From Fidelibacterota bacterium (lineage in GTDB: Bacteria; Fidelibacterota; Marinisomatia; Marinisomatales; Marinisomataceae): a stretch of 64,000 nt of DNA. Position 1 is the first letter of the stretch; every line of letters begins with the position of its first letter. The notes under the pieces are model-generated. The model was not told the DNA's origin and searched no databases. It saw only the letters and a list, made by a program, of their open reading frames with translations. The position numbers and the translations under genes are program-made. The stretch lies in the NCBI GenBank assembly GCA_045560295.1, contig JBJKZL010000001.1, positions 661,973 through 725,972 on the forward strand, read 5' to 3'. This document shows, piece by piece, positions 40,577 to 50,045 of the stretch.

Positions 40577-41215
40577 ATGAGCAACTCTAAGTTACCAAAA
40601 AAAATTGAATCATGTGGATGTGATTGTAATGTGGAAAAACCTTCCGATCCATCACGTCGTGATTTCATGAAACAAGCAACCACATTAACCATGATTGGAA
40701 GCACAGCTTTTATTTTACAAGCTTGTGGAGGAGGAGGATCACCCACAGGACCTGAAGATCCTGGTGGTGGTGATAATAATGGTGGTGGTGATAACAACGG
40801 TGGTGGTGATAATAATGGTGGTGGCGATAATAATGGTGGTGGCGATAATACGGACACAGGATACACTTATAATGCTGCTACAGGAACAATCACAATTGAT
40901 ACCTCAATGATTTATACTACGCTTCAAACTGCTGGAAATGGTATTCAATTAAGTGGTAGTGACACATTTGATTCAAGGGGAATAATTGTACTTAGAACTA
41001 GCAATACAGGGGTTAGAGCTTTATCAAGAAGATGTACGCATGCCAATAATACTGTAAATATAAATAGTGTAGGAAATAATTTATTGTGCCCAAGTCATAA
41101 TTCAATTTTTGATTTAAATGGTAATGCAGTTTCTGGTCCCGCAACCGGAGCACTAACAAGCTATACTTGTTCTTTAGATTCAGCAGGTACAATTATTACT
41201 ATTCAAAATTCTTAA
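40577..41215 (+). CDS. Tat-exported Rieske [2Fe-2S] lipoprotein
   Basis: SRRDFMK, lipobox LQAC, CTH...CPSH, GPA..AL. Confidence 0.88.
   Translation: MSNSKLPKKIESCGCDCNVEKPSDPSRRDFMKQATTLTMIGSTAFILQACGGGGSPTGPEDPGGGDNNGGGDNNGGGDNNGGGDNNGGGDNTDTGYTYNAATGTITIDTSMIYTTLQTAGNGIQLSGSDTFDSRGIIVLRTSNTGVRALSRRCTHANNTVNINSVGNNLLCPSHNSIFDLNGNAVSGPATGALTSYTCSLDSAGTIITIQNS
40763..40852 (+). repeat. 18-bp tandem repeat x5 encoding GGGDNN
   Basis: GGTGGTGG(T/C)GATAA(T/C)AA(T/C) units; the last ends ACG. Confidence 0.95.
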
Positions 41216-41940
41216 TTATTATTCTCAAATTCTTTCAACGCCTTTGTAATCATTTTCTCTAATTTTGTTGTTTGAGTTGATAGCTCTTTATTATATGCTT
41301 TTTCTGTTAAAGTTGATTTGTCTTTTGATTTAAATGGAGGAAGAATTTTAATAGTAATATTTGTAGGTCTCATAAAACTCTCTCCTTTAGGCCATGCTTT
41401 TTCAGTACCAACAATAACTGCAGGCAAAATAGGAATATCTAATCCCATTGAGAATTTTACTGTTCCCTTTCTAAAGCGCTGTAAAACACCAGGCTCTCCC
41501 CTTGAACCTTCTGGAAACATGATGATGTTATTGCCTAATCCAATAAATCCTTTTGATAAAGTAAATGTATCTTCCAAATCAAGTGATTCTGGATTTTGTT
41601 TTCTGCTTATTGGAATTAGATTAATAAAGTTTTTAAAGAATTTTTGTCTAAAATTATTATCAAACCAATAGTCTTTTGCTGCTAAAAATCCAAAGCGTTC
41701 ATAACCCAGTCGAGTTGAATATGCTAATACAGCAATATCCATATGGCTATTATGATTACTTGCAAAAATAAAGGGGGTATCTTTAGGTATATTTTCTCTT
41801 CCTATCACCTTAACTGGAGTATAAAATGTCAAAACTGTGTTAGCATATAAATCAAAAACAAATGATAAAATTTTAAATAGAATTGATTTAGGCTTTGCTA
41901 AATGACGATATCTCGGATCTTCTAGAATAGAATATTTCAT
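41212..41940 (-). CDS. Lysophospholipid acyltransferase (PlsC-like)
   Basis: SNHNSHMD (HX4D), FPEGSR. Confidence 0.9.
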   Translation of the reverse strand: MKYSILEDPRYRHLAKPKSILFKILSFVFDLYANTVLTFYTPVKVIGRENIPKDTPFIFASNHNSHMDIAVLAYSTRLGYERFGFLAAKDYWFDNNFRQKFFKNFINLIPISRKQNPESLDLEDTFTLSKGFIGLGNNIIMFPEGSRGEPGVLQRFRKGTVKFSMGLDIPILPAVIVGTEKAWPKGESFMRPTNITIKILPPFKSKDKSTLTEKAYNKELSTQTTKLEKMITKALKEFENNN

Positions 41941-41950
41941 ATATGCTTTG

Positions 41951-42742
41951 TTATGCGTCTATTCTTTTTGCTAAAAAGAAATATATACTAGGAAAAAATC
42001 TATGGACAAGGACTCCAAACCATGCAATATCACCCCATTTTGAAACGATGACTTGTCTTTTTTTATTCTTAATAGCTTTCAGAATGATTTTTGCAGCCTT
42101 TTTTGATGATAATCCAAAGGGCATTAAGGAATTTCTGCCAAAAGGGTTTCCCTTAGAGTCTAATTTATTTTTTCCAAAGTTTGTTATCACCTTACCTGGT
42201 GCAATAATAGTTATATCTATATTATGCTTTCCAACCTCTAGCCTAAGAGAATCAAGGAATCCATGTAATGCAAATTTTGCAGACGAATATACCGTTCTTT
42301 TTCTTGAAGTAATTAATCCAGCTACACTAGTATTTGTAGCAATTTGACCTCCTCCATTATCAATCATATGTCTTAAAATAGATTTTGTAAAGTAAACGAC
42401 TGAAAAGTAATCTACTCGCATTACTTCATGGAATACGCTTAAATCTATGTCTTCAAATAAGCTCTCTGAGCCAATACCAGCATTATTAAACAGAATATCA
42501 ATCGGACCTTCCTTTTTAATAATTGTACTTACAAATGAATCAATTTTATCTAATTGCGATAGGTCAAAAGGATATATTACGCATTGACTTTTATTATAAG
42601 ATTGGAAGGATGCTTCCATCTTTTCTTTACTTCTAGATACCAATATCACTTTTGCGCCAGATGACAAAAATGCTTTGGCAGTTTCCTGTCCAATTCCAGA
42701 CGAGGCTCCAGTAATAATTACGGTTTTATTCTTAAAAGACAT
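41951..42742 (-). CDS. Short-chain dehydrogenase/reductase
   Basis: TGASSGIG, NNAG, YSSAK. Confidence 0.92.
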   Translation of the reverse strand: MSFKNKTVIITGASSGIGQETAKAFLSSGAKVILVSRSKEKMEASFQSYNKSQCVIYPFDLSQLDKIDSFVSTIIKKEGPIDILFNNAGIGSESLFEDIDLSVFHEVMRVDYFSVVYFTKSILRHMIDNGGGQIATNTSVAGLITSRKRTVYSSAKFALHGFLDSLRLEVGKHNIDITIIAPGKVITNFGKNKLDSKGNPFGRNSLMPFGLSSKKAAKIILKAIKNKKRQVIVSKWGDIAWFGVLVHRFFPSIYFFLAKRIDA

Positions 42743-42754
42743 AAACGGAATGTA

Positions 42755-43045
42755 CTAATTTTTATCCTTTGTGTTAAGCCAGTAATAAAAAGGAAGAGCA
42801 AACAATAAACTGCCTAGTAAAGACAAAATAATTAACCAATACCATTTATACTTACCGATAGGATGATGCTTAAAATAATAGGCAAACAATAGCATGAGCA
42901 TAAATGCCTCGATAAATAATGCTATACCTATCGTATTATCTAGGAAAATAGCAAAATCGAATTCAAAGAACTGCCAGTAGAGAAAGAGATTATTCACTAC
43001 CAGTAATCCTGTTGCTGCAAAGAAAAATAATATTTTCTTACTCAT
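42755..43045 (-). CDS. Small membrane protein (DUF2834-like)
   Basis: Three TM segments; LSLLGSLLFALPFY. Confidence 0.6.
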   Translation of the reverse strand: MSKKILFFFAATGLLVVNNLFLYWQFFEFDFAIFLDNTIGIALFIEAFMLMLLFAYYFKHHPIGKYKWYWLIILSLLGSLLFALPFYYWLNTKDKN

Positions 43046-43061
43046 TATATATCAACTTAAA

Positions 43062-46000
43062 CTATTGATCTGTATCAAAGAAGAACTTTGTTAATTGCAC
43101 CCATACCACTATTCCCACTAAATAAGATACAACCATAAATATTGCTTCATTAGGATAAGAATTAAACGCACCTAATTCATTACTTGAGAAAGTGCTAATA
43201 ATTCTTTCAAATAACACCATGAATGGTATCAACATATAGTTATTTTTAATAATAAATTTATATATTAAAAATAATAAAGTAGAATATAGTATAATCGCTA
43301 TCAGTGATGGTCCAATAGTATATTGCATTTCAATAGTACCGCCATAGACAAACATCGCTAGCAAAACTCCGTAGATATTAGACTTTACTGTATTAGCATA
43401 TCCATCTGTGATTTCGAATAGCGTTTTAGCAAAGAATAAGCTGAATGCTACAGCAACAAACCCGCCATAAATATTAAAAGTATCTATAATAGGATAATAT
43501 AATCCTGACAGATTTATTCTAGGAAAATTGGGATTAAGATCTAATTGGAATGACCCAGCTATCATAGCAAATGTTGTTGCTAATAATGCAGCAATAAATC
43601 CTCCAACGATAGAATCAGAGATTGAACTACGATTTAAAGTTGGCTTTAACATGGTACCTAAACCACCAAAAAATAAGACTTGAGCCAGTGCAACCACCAA
43701 GAATCCTATCATCGCAGATATATACATTGTTGTCATTAAATTTCCTATTGGTTGATCTGTAGGTAATGTCATAAAGAATGATGAATCATTGAAAAAGGCA
43801 ACAATAGCACTAACAAAAATTATTGCACCAAAAAATACTCCTTTTCTCAAATTAAGCTTACTATCCATCAACATCTTGAACGAACGAATTAACAATAATC
43901 CACCGATAAATAAACCTCCCGGAATAGAAAATAACATTGCAAGCATTCCAGAAAATCCTTCTCTGTCTCGTATCATTCTTGACCATTCCTCGGGAACATA
44001 AATAGATTGTGAAAATCCAGCAAGCTGGTCACCTGAAACAGTGATGACGCTTTCTAGTTGTGAACCTTCATAACTTACATTCTTATCTTCCTTGTAAGTA
44101 AATATCCAGTCTAATCGTTCAGGCTTTTGAGATTCAATTGCACTGACTAAGCTTACCATACTTTGGTTTAAATTAAAGTGATCACTCAGAGCCTGATCTG
44201 CTATTATTTTAGCTTCAGCTTGACTTAAGATAGCTCCTGCTTCATTTTCAGGAAATTTGTTGTAAAAGCGAATAGGTTTTCCTTCAAAATCCACTGAAAC
44301 AACTACTTCTCTTGCTCTTGTTTCTACTTCGCCGTCAAATTTAGCAAAACGCACTTTCCATCTTGGACCTAATACATAAGAACCTAAAAGATCATTGAAA
44401 GTATCTGAACCTAACTCTTCCCAAATGAAACGTGATCCGGGGTAGGTAGTGGTAATCATTGCATATCCTTCATATCCCGCAGCTAGCTCTATATCATTTG
44501 CAGAAAGAAATTCTTCTGCAATACTAATAGCCTGCTCACGATCTATGCTTGGCGAATCTATAGAAACATCAGAATCGCTAAACTTCAATGATGTCATTCC
44601 TATCACAATAAATATTATCGACCCTAATAAGATCTTTTTATTTAATGGAGATCCATCCCGTACAACAGCTTTTGCCTCTTCTTTATGTTCTGACATCTCT
44701 GGAGGGGTTGGTTTAAATCCTTTATTCAATGCCTTGTCATCTAATTCAGACCATCCGTTTGCTTTCATTCTAAAATATAAGATCACAAGCAAAGGGATAG
44801 CTCCACAAAGCACAGTCATAAATTTATCAACAACATAGCCACTTGAATACCATATCGGTAATGAAAATAGTAGAACATCATATAAGTAATGTGTAATTGC
44901 ACCAAAGATTACTCCTAATTTCAAATACAACATCCCATAAACAATTATAGATGGTAAAAACAATTCTACCACTCTAGCATAGGAAGGTTGTGCAGGGTAA
45001 TTAGCATGTCCTGCTCCAAAAATTAATGCCTGTAATACCATTGCAATAGCAAGACCAGTAAAACGCATATTATATCTTTGTCCAATTAAAACTCCTGCAC
45101 CAATTGGAACAGCACGAAAGAGCATTTCTTCCCAGAATCCTGCCTGAAGTGAAATAGCAATTCCTGTATACCAAGGGAAAATAGACGCTAAATAATTTGG
45201 ATCAGCCATACTACTTGCTGGAGACCAAAATCCAAAATATTTTTCCATAAGAATATAAAATGCACCGACAATAGCCAGCTTAATTGGTACAATTAGATAA
45301 GCAAATACTGTATCATTTAATACTCGCTTTGAATTAGCAACATTCATTGTCCATGTTTTCCATAATTGAATATGCTCTGGGAACGCTCTTCTTGTTAGCG
45401 ACTCCGCAATAACAAAAGTTGCACCAAAAAGTAAGAAGTTCACTACGCCATTAGCTAACATCGCTAATAGCCCTTCAATCATAAACTGTGACTTACTAGT
45501 AGCGGTATCATAAGCCATCCACATAGTAGGAAAAAAGTTTAGCTGTACTAATGTGCTAGTTGTAGCAATAAAGGCTGCAGCTAATAATGATGATTTCCAT
45601 CTTAACCAACCCGTACGATAGAAAATAATGATTGATCCCACACCAATTACTAGCATATAAATACCAAGGAATGCAAAATTTGCAAACATTGCAATGGTAT
45701 CGTTATCTGATCTTATATTAGCAAATTCACGATTGAATGATTCTGGAATAAAAGCACTTGGGGATACAGAACTTACCATTGATCCTGATACATCAACATT
45801 TAATCTATACTTCGCATCTCCAATATCTTGTAGTTTATGCTCGAATACAAAAGAATGGTCAACTCTACTATTAGGCATTTCCTCAAAAGATGATTCAATT
45901 AATGAATAGTCTGCAAAATTTCCAGACCAATGATCATTAATTTTTAGAGTTGCTAAACTGAGGGCGTCTTCTTCTGACAAACTATCTGAATCATGATCTT

Positions 46001-46397
46001 CTGGAATTTTAACACGATAACCATTTGAAGAACCATCTGGCTTAAATGCAAAAGTTGCTTCAGCTACTTGTCCCTCTTTAAATATTCTTACAACCCAATT
46101 GTATGGGGAAAAAACATCGCTATCAATAATCGATTGAAACTTTTCACGTCCACCTTGCTTGAGTTCTACATAGTCACGTAAACTTGAGCTAAAAGAATAG
46201 GCTGCTGCCTGATCAAGGTTGTCACCCAGTATTTCAAAATCTTCAGATGCAGCTTTTGCTTCTTCTAAGGCAAGCTCTCTATCCATAGATACATTAACAC
46301 TCAATCCACCAAGAAAATCATCCCAGAAGTAAGCTAGTCCTAAGGTACTTGCAATTGCAACAACGCATGTAATAGATAAAATTTTATTTGTAGTCAT
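43062..46397 (-). CDS. Large CPBP (Abi/CAAX) family intramembrane metalloprotease with duplicated extracytoplasmic domain
   Basis: EEMLFR, FGAGH and HYLYD motifs; internal repeat; GAGGG RBS. Confidence 0.85.
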   Translation of the reverse strand: MTTNKILSITCVVAIASTLGLAYFWDDFLGGLSVNVSMDRELALEEAKAASEDFEILGDNLDQAAAYSFSSSLRDYVELKQGGREKFQSIIDSDVFSPYNWVVRIFKEGQVAEATFAFKPDGSSNGYRVKIPEDHDSDSLSEEDALSLATLKINDHWSGNFADYSLIESSFEEMPNSRVDHSFVFEHKLQDIGDAKYRLNVDVSGSMVSSVSPSAFIPESFNREFANIRSDNDTIAMFANFAFLGIYMLVIGVGSIIIFYRTGWLRWKSSLLAAAFIATTSTLVQLNFFPTMWMAYDTATSKSQFMIEGLLAMLANGVVNFLLFGATFVIAESLTRRAFPEHIQLWKTWTMNVANSKRVLNDTVFAYLIVPIKLAIVGAFYILMEKYFGFWSPASSMADPNYLASIFPWYTGIAISLQAGFWEEMLFRAVPIGAGVLIGQRYNMRFTGLAIAMVLQALIFGAGHANYPAQPSYARVVELFLPSIIVYGMLYLKLGVIFGAITHYLYDVLLFSLPIWYSSGYVVDKFMTVLCGAIPLLVILYFRMKANGWSELDDKALNKGFKPTPPEMSEHKEEAKAVVRDGSPLNKKILLGSIIFIVIGMTSLKFSDSDVSIDSPSIDREQAISIAEEFLSANDIELAAGYEGYAMITTTYPGSRFIWEELGSDTFNDLLGSYVLGPRWKVRFAKFDGEVETRAREVVVSVDFEGKPIRFYNKFPENEAGAILSQAEAKIIADQALSDHFNLNQSMVSLVSAIESQKPERLDWIFTYKEDKNVSYEGSQLESVITVSGDQLAGFSQSIYVPEEWSRMIRDREGFSGMLAMLFSIPGGLFIGGLLLIRSFKMLMDSKLNLRKGVFFGAIIFVSAIVAFFNDSSFFMTLPTDQPIGNLMTTMYISAMIGFLVVALAQVLFFGGLGTMLKPTLNRSSISDSIVGGFIAALLATTFAMIAGSFQLDLNPNFPRINLSGLYYPIIDTFNIYGGFVAVAFSLFFAKTLFEITDGYANTVKSNIYGVLLAMFVYGGTIEMQYTIGPSLIAIILYSTLLFLIYKFIIKNNYMLIPFMVLFERIISTFSSNELGAFNSYPNEAIFMVVSYLVGIVVWVQLTKFFFDTDQ

Positions 46398-46558
46398 TTT
46401 TCCCTCTTTTTTTCATTTTGTAAATAGGTAAAGTAAACTTTACATATTTTAAAGTCAATTATACACATTACTTTCGATTTATAACTCAAAAAAGTTCTAA
46501 AAGTATAATTATAAAAAAATATGTAAAATACAATACTAAATAATAGAGGGAATTAATT

Positions 46559-47701
46559 ATGAAGAAAGAAAATTTAACAGAAGAACAAATGATATTTCAG
46601 GATGCTGTCCGCACCTTCATGGATCGCGAATGCAAGCCGAATAATGAACAATGGGAAAAAGATGGAATAGTATCCCGTGAAGTCTGGCTCAAAGCTGGAG
46701 AAAATAACTTTTTTGGGATAGATGTACCTGAAGAATATGGTGGAATGGGTATTGATGACTTTCGATACAATACAATTTTAATTGAAGAAAGTGTAAGGGC
46801 AGAAAATCCCGGATTCGGACATTCTGTTCAGAATGATTTAGTTGTTCCTTATCTTATTAGACACTGTAATGAAGAACAGAAAAAACGCTGGCTTCCAAAG
46901 ATCTGCAGTGGAGAAACTATTGGTGCATTAGCGATGACAGAGCCAGGTGGAGGTAGTGATTTAGCGGCTATTAAAACAACTGCAAAAGATATGGGTGATC
47001 ACTATATAGTAAATGGAAGTAAAACATTTATAACAAATGGCTTATTAAGCGATTTAGTGATTGTAGCATGTAAAACAGATTCAAAAAACGGTGCACATGG
47101 TATTAGTTTAATTGTTTTAGAACGTGGCATGGAAGGATTTGAACGTGGCAATAAACTTCATAAAATAGGTCAAGTAGCACAAGATACTGCTGAACTGTTT
47201 TTCAAGGATGTTAAAGTTCCTAAAGACAATCTTCTTGGCGAAGAAGGTAAGGGGTTTTACTATATGATGGAAAGTCTTCCAAAAGAAAGGTTATCTATTG
47301 CAGCTGGTTCAATTGCAGTCATTGAATTTGTCCTTGAATTAACAATTCAATATTGTCATGAACGTAAAGCGTTTGGGGAAAAAATTGGTAGTTTTCAAAA
47401 TTCAAAATTTAAGTTAGCCGAAATGTCGACAGAGGCAGAAATTGCACGAACATTTTATGATCAATGTGTTTTTGAGTTAAATGACAAAAAACTTACTCCA
47501 GAAAAAGCAGCAATGGCTAAATGGTGGATTACGGAGCTAGAGCTCAAAGTTGTAGATCAATGCTTGCAGCTGCATGGTGGATATGGGTATATCTTAGAAT
47601 ATCCAATTGCTAAAGCTTATGTAAATTCACGAGTACAAACAATTTATGGCGGTACCACTGAGATCATGAAAGAGATCATTGGGAAGTCGTTAGGATTTTA
47701 A
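46559..47701 (+). CDS. Acyl-CoA dehydrogenase
   Basis: ALAMTEPGGGSD, NGSKTFITNG, QLHGGYGY, IYGGTTEIMK. Confidence 0.95.
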   Translation: MKKENLTEEQMIFQDAVRTFMDRECKPNNEQWEKDGIVSREVWLKAGENNFFGIDVPEEYGGMGIDDFRYNTILIEESVRAENPGFGHSVQNDLVVPYLIRHCNEEQKKRWLPKICSGETIGALAMTEPGGGSDLAAIKTTAKDMGDHYIVNGSKTFITNGLLSDLVIVACKTDSKNGAHGISLIVLERGMEGFERGNKLHKIGQVAQDTAELFFKDVKVPKDNLLGEEGKGFYYMMESLPKERLSIAAGSIAVIEFVLELTIQYCHERKAFGEKIGSFQNSKFKLAEMSTEAEIARTFYDQCVFELNDKKLTPEKAAMAKWWITELELKVVDQCLQLHGGYGYILEYPIAKAYVNSRVQTIYGGTTEIMKEIIGKSLGF

Positions 47702-47702
47702 T

Positions 47703-48539
47703 ATGGGAAATAAATTAAAAGGAAAAGTGGCATTAATTACAGGTTCAGGCCGAGGTATTGGTCGTGAATTAGCCTTAATGCTAGCAAAAGATGGTGCGCA
47801 TATCGTCGTCAATGATCTTGATGCTGATCCAGCTCATCAAACAGTTGAAGATATTACTGCAATGGGAGGAAAGGCGGTAGCGTGCGTTGGCAGTGTTACT
47901 GAAGACAACTTTGCAGATAATTTTATTAATACAGCATTGGACACATTTAAAGGAATAGACATTATTGTAAATAATGCAGGCTATACTTGGGACAATGTCA
48001 TTCAAAAAATGGATGATAAACAATGGCAAGCTATTTTAGATTGTCATCTAACTGCTCCTTTTCGAATCTTAAGAGCGGCTCAACCTCATATCAAACGACT
48101 ATTTCTTGAAGAAAAAGAGAAAGGCATTATAAACTTCAGAAAAGTAGTCAATATTTCTTCAACTTCAGGAATGAATGGTAATGCTGGACAAATCAACTAT
48201 GCAACTGCAAAAGCTGGTGTAGTAGGAATGGCAAAAACTATGGCAAAAGAATGGGGACGTTATAATGTCAATGTAAATGCTGTAGGATTTGGTCTTATCA
48301 AAACACGCTTAACTGATGCAGATGCAGAAAAAGAAGAATCATTGATTGATATCGAAGGAAACAAAATTAAAGTAGGCGTTAATTCAGCTGTATTTCAATC
48401 AGCAAAGACAATGATTCCCCTTGGGCGCCCAGGAACTCCGGAAGAAGCTGCTGGAGCAATCTATATGTTCTGTATTCCTGAATCAAACTATGTCACTGGG
48501 CAAATACTAATGTGTCATGGTGGTGGTTTTGGACTATAG
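47703..48539 (+). CDS. SDR, 3-oxoacyl-(ACP/CoA) reductase-like
   Basis: TGSGRGIG, NNAG, GNAGQINYATAK. Confidence 0.9.
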   Translation: MGNKLKGKVALITGSGRGIGRELALMLAKDGAHIVVNDLDADPAHQTVEDITAMGGKAVACVGSVTEDNFADNFINTALDTFKGIDIIVNNAGYTWDNVIQKMDDKQWQAILDCHLTAPFRILRAAQPHIKRLFLEEKEKGIINFRKVVNISSTSGMNGNAGQINYATAKAGVVGMAKTMAKEWGRYNVNVNAVGFGLIKTRLTDADAEKEESLIDIEGNKIKVGVNSAVFQSAKTMIPLGRPGTPEEAAGAIYMFCIPESNYVTGQILMCHGGGFGL

Positions 48540-48765
48540 GTCAAAAGATTTAGATCGCATCATTGAAATGGCCTGGGAAGATCGTACTCCTTTCGAAGCT
48601 ATAGAATACCAGTTTGGATTAAAAGAAAATGGAGTGCGTAAAATAATGATGGCCAATCTAAAAAGGAGTTCTTTTGAAAGATGGCGAATAAGAGTGAAGG
48701 GTCGAAAGACAAAACATAGCTCAACTTCTACCTCAACACGCTTTAAATCAGCTGACCAAAAATAA
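48517..48765 (+). CDS. TIGR03643/DUF2805 family protein
   Basis: RIIEMAWEDRTPFEAI..QFGL, WR.RVKGRKTKH; start codon uncertain. Confidence 0.88.
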   Translation: MVVVLDYRSKDLDRIIEMAWEDRTPFEAIEYQFGLKENGVRKIMMANLKRSSFERWRIRVKGRKTKHSSTSTSTRFKSADQK

Positions 48766-48769
48766 AATT

Positions 48770-49681
48770 ATGAAGTATTTTTCTCCGTTATTCCCGTTTA
48801 TTCTAGGCTGGGGACTGTTACTCTTTTCAGAAAATTTAACCTCAATTAGCTTTACTAATGGAGTACTTCAACTACTATTATTTGCATTGGTAGTATGTTT
48901 ACCTACATGGCGTACTGGACGTATGTCCTATGTTGATATTGGCTGGCCATGGGGTGTTGCTCTTATTGGGATCATCACTTGGCTATATGGCGAAGGTGAT
49001 AGTGTTCGAATAGCTACAATTAGTATCCTTTATATTTTAATTGGAACTCGTATGGGAATGGGTGCACTCAAAATGTGGAGACTGGGGATGCTCAAAACAG
49101 AATTTCCACGTTATGAATATCAGAAAAAACGTTGGAAGAAAGCAGGTAAAAATAATACCATGCTCGCCATGCAAATTGATGGTATTCTTCAAGGCTTAGC
49201 CAATGCTTCTTTTCTAGCAATGCCTGCGTTTATTATTGCAACCAATTCTAATACAACGATTTCAATGCTTGAAATAGTAGGTGTTTTTATTTGGTTGGGC
49301 GCATTTGTCATGGAATCAATTGCAGATATGCAAAAAATCTCCTTTTTAAAAAAAATGAAGGCGTCGGGTGAAAAAAATAAAGTCTGTAATGTTGGATTAT
49401 GGAAATATACCAGACATCCTAATTATTTTGCTGAATGGATGGTTTGGAATGGATTAATAATTGCATCAATTCCATCGTGGATTCTCTTATATGATACAGA
49501 ATCAATGACTATATGGATATTGCTAGGACTAGGTCTATTATTTACTTCTAGAATGATGTATACAACACTAGTGCATCATACAGGCGCTATTCCATCAGAA
49601 TACTATTCTTTAAAAAAACGTCCCGATTATAAAACCTATCAAGAAACAACAAATATATTTTTTCCTGGACCTAAAAAATAA
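48770..49681 (+). CDS. DUF1295 membrane protein (second, divergent copy)
   Basis: SYVDIGWP, ESIADMQK, GLWKYTRHPNYFAEW. Confidence 0.86.
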   Translation: MKYFSPLFPFILGWGLLLFSENLTSISFTNGVLQLLLFALVVCLPTWRTGRMSYVDIGWPWGVALIGIITWLYGEGDSVRIATISILYILIGTRMGMGALKMWRLGMLKTEFPRYEYQKKRWKKAGKNNTMLAMQIDGILQGLANASFLAMPAFIIATNSNTTISMLEIVGVFIWLGAFVMESIADMQKISFLKKMKASGEKNKVCNVGLWKYTRHPNYFAEWMVWNGLIIASIPSWILLYDTESMTIWILLGLGLLFTSRMMYTTLVHHTGAIPSEYYSLKKRPDYKTYQETTNIFFPGPKK

Positions 49682-49695
49682 AAAAATCTTAAATA

Positions 49696-50019
49696 TTATT
49701 CGTCTTCGCTATCAATATTTACTATATCATTTCCATTAATATTAATGCGAATTTTTACATTTTCATTTTTATCCCCATCTAAATTTTCAAACTCTTCGAT
49801 ATCAATTTCAAATTCTTGATTTCCATTGATAATATCTTCTCTAAGTTTATCAAATTCTTCTTGGGTAATAATACCTTTGTCAAGAGCAGTTTGTAAATCC
49901 ATTAGTTCTTGACCCGTTGTTACATTTTTATTGATGTGCAATTCTGCCGTGCCTTTATTGAACGATCCACATGCAGAAATAAGTGCTAAGAGCACAATTA
50001 TACATAATCTTTTTTTCAC
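49696..50019 (-). CDS. SHOCT-domain lipoprotein
   Basis: ISAC lipobox; GQELMDLQTALDKGIITQEEFDKLREDII. Confidence 0.8.
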   Translation of the reverse strand: MKKRLCIIVLLALISACGSFNKGTAELHINKNVTTGQELMDLQTALDKGIITQEEFDKLREDIINGNQEFEIDIEEFENLDGDKNENVKIRININGNDIVNIDSEDE

Positions 50020-50045
50020 AATATTCTCCTTTTTGACTATTAAAT

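Noticed and set aside
40763-40852. Possible CRISPR array
   Set aside because: Contiguous in-frame coding repeats with no spacers; no cas genes in the window.
40552-40910. ORFs with LLSPPP or VVVIIM repeats (40552-40866 minus, 40695-40910 plus)
   Set aside because: Shadow frames of the 18-bp repeat inside the Rieske gene.
43062-46397. Abortive-infection defence gene
   Set aside because: The 'Abi' name of the CPBP family is a historical label; nothing in the context indicates defence.
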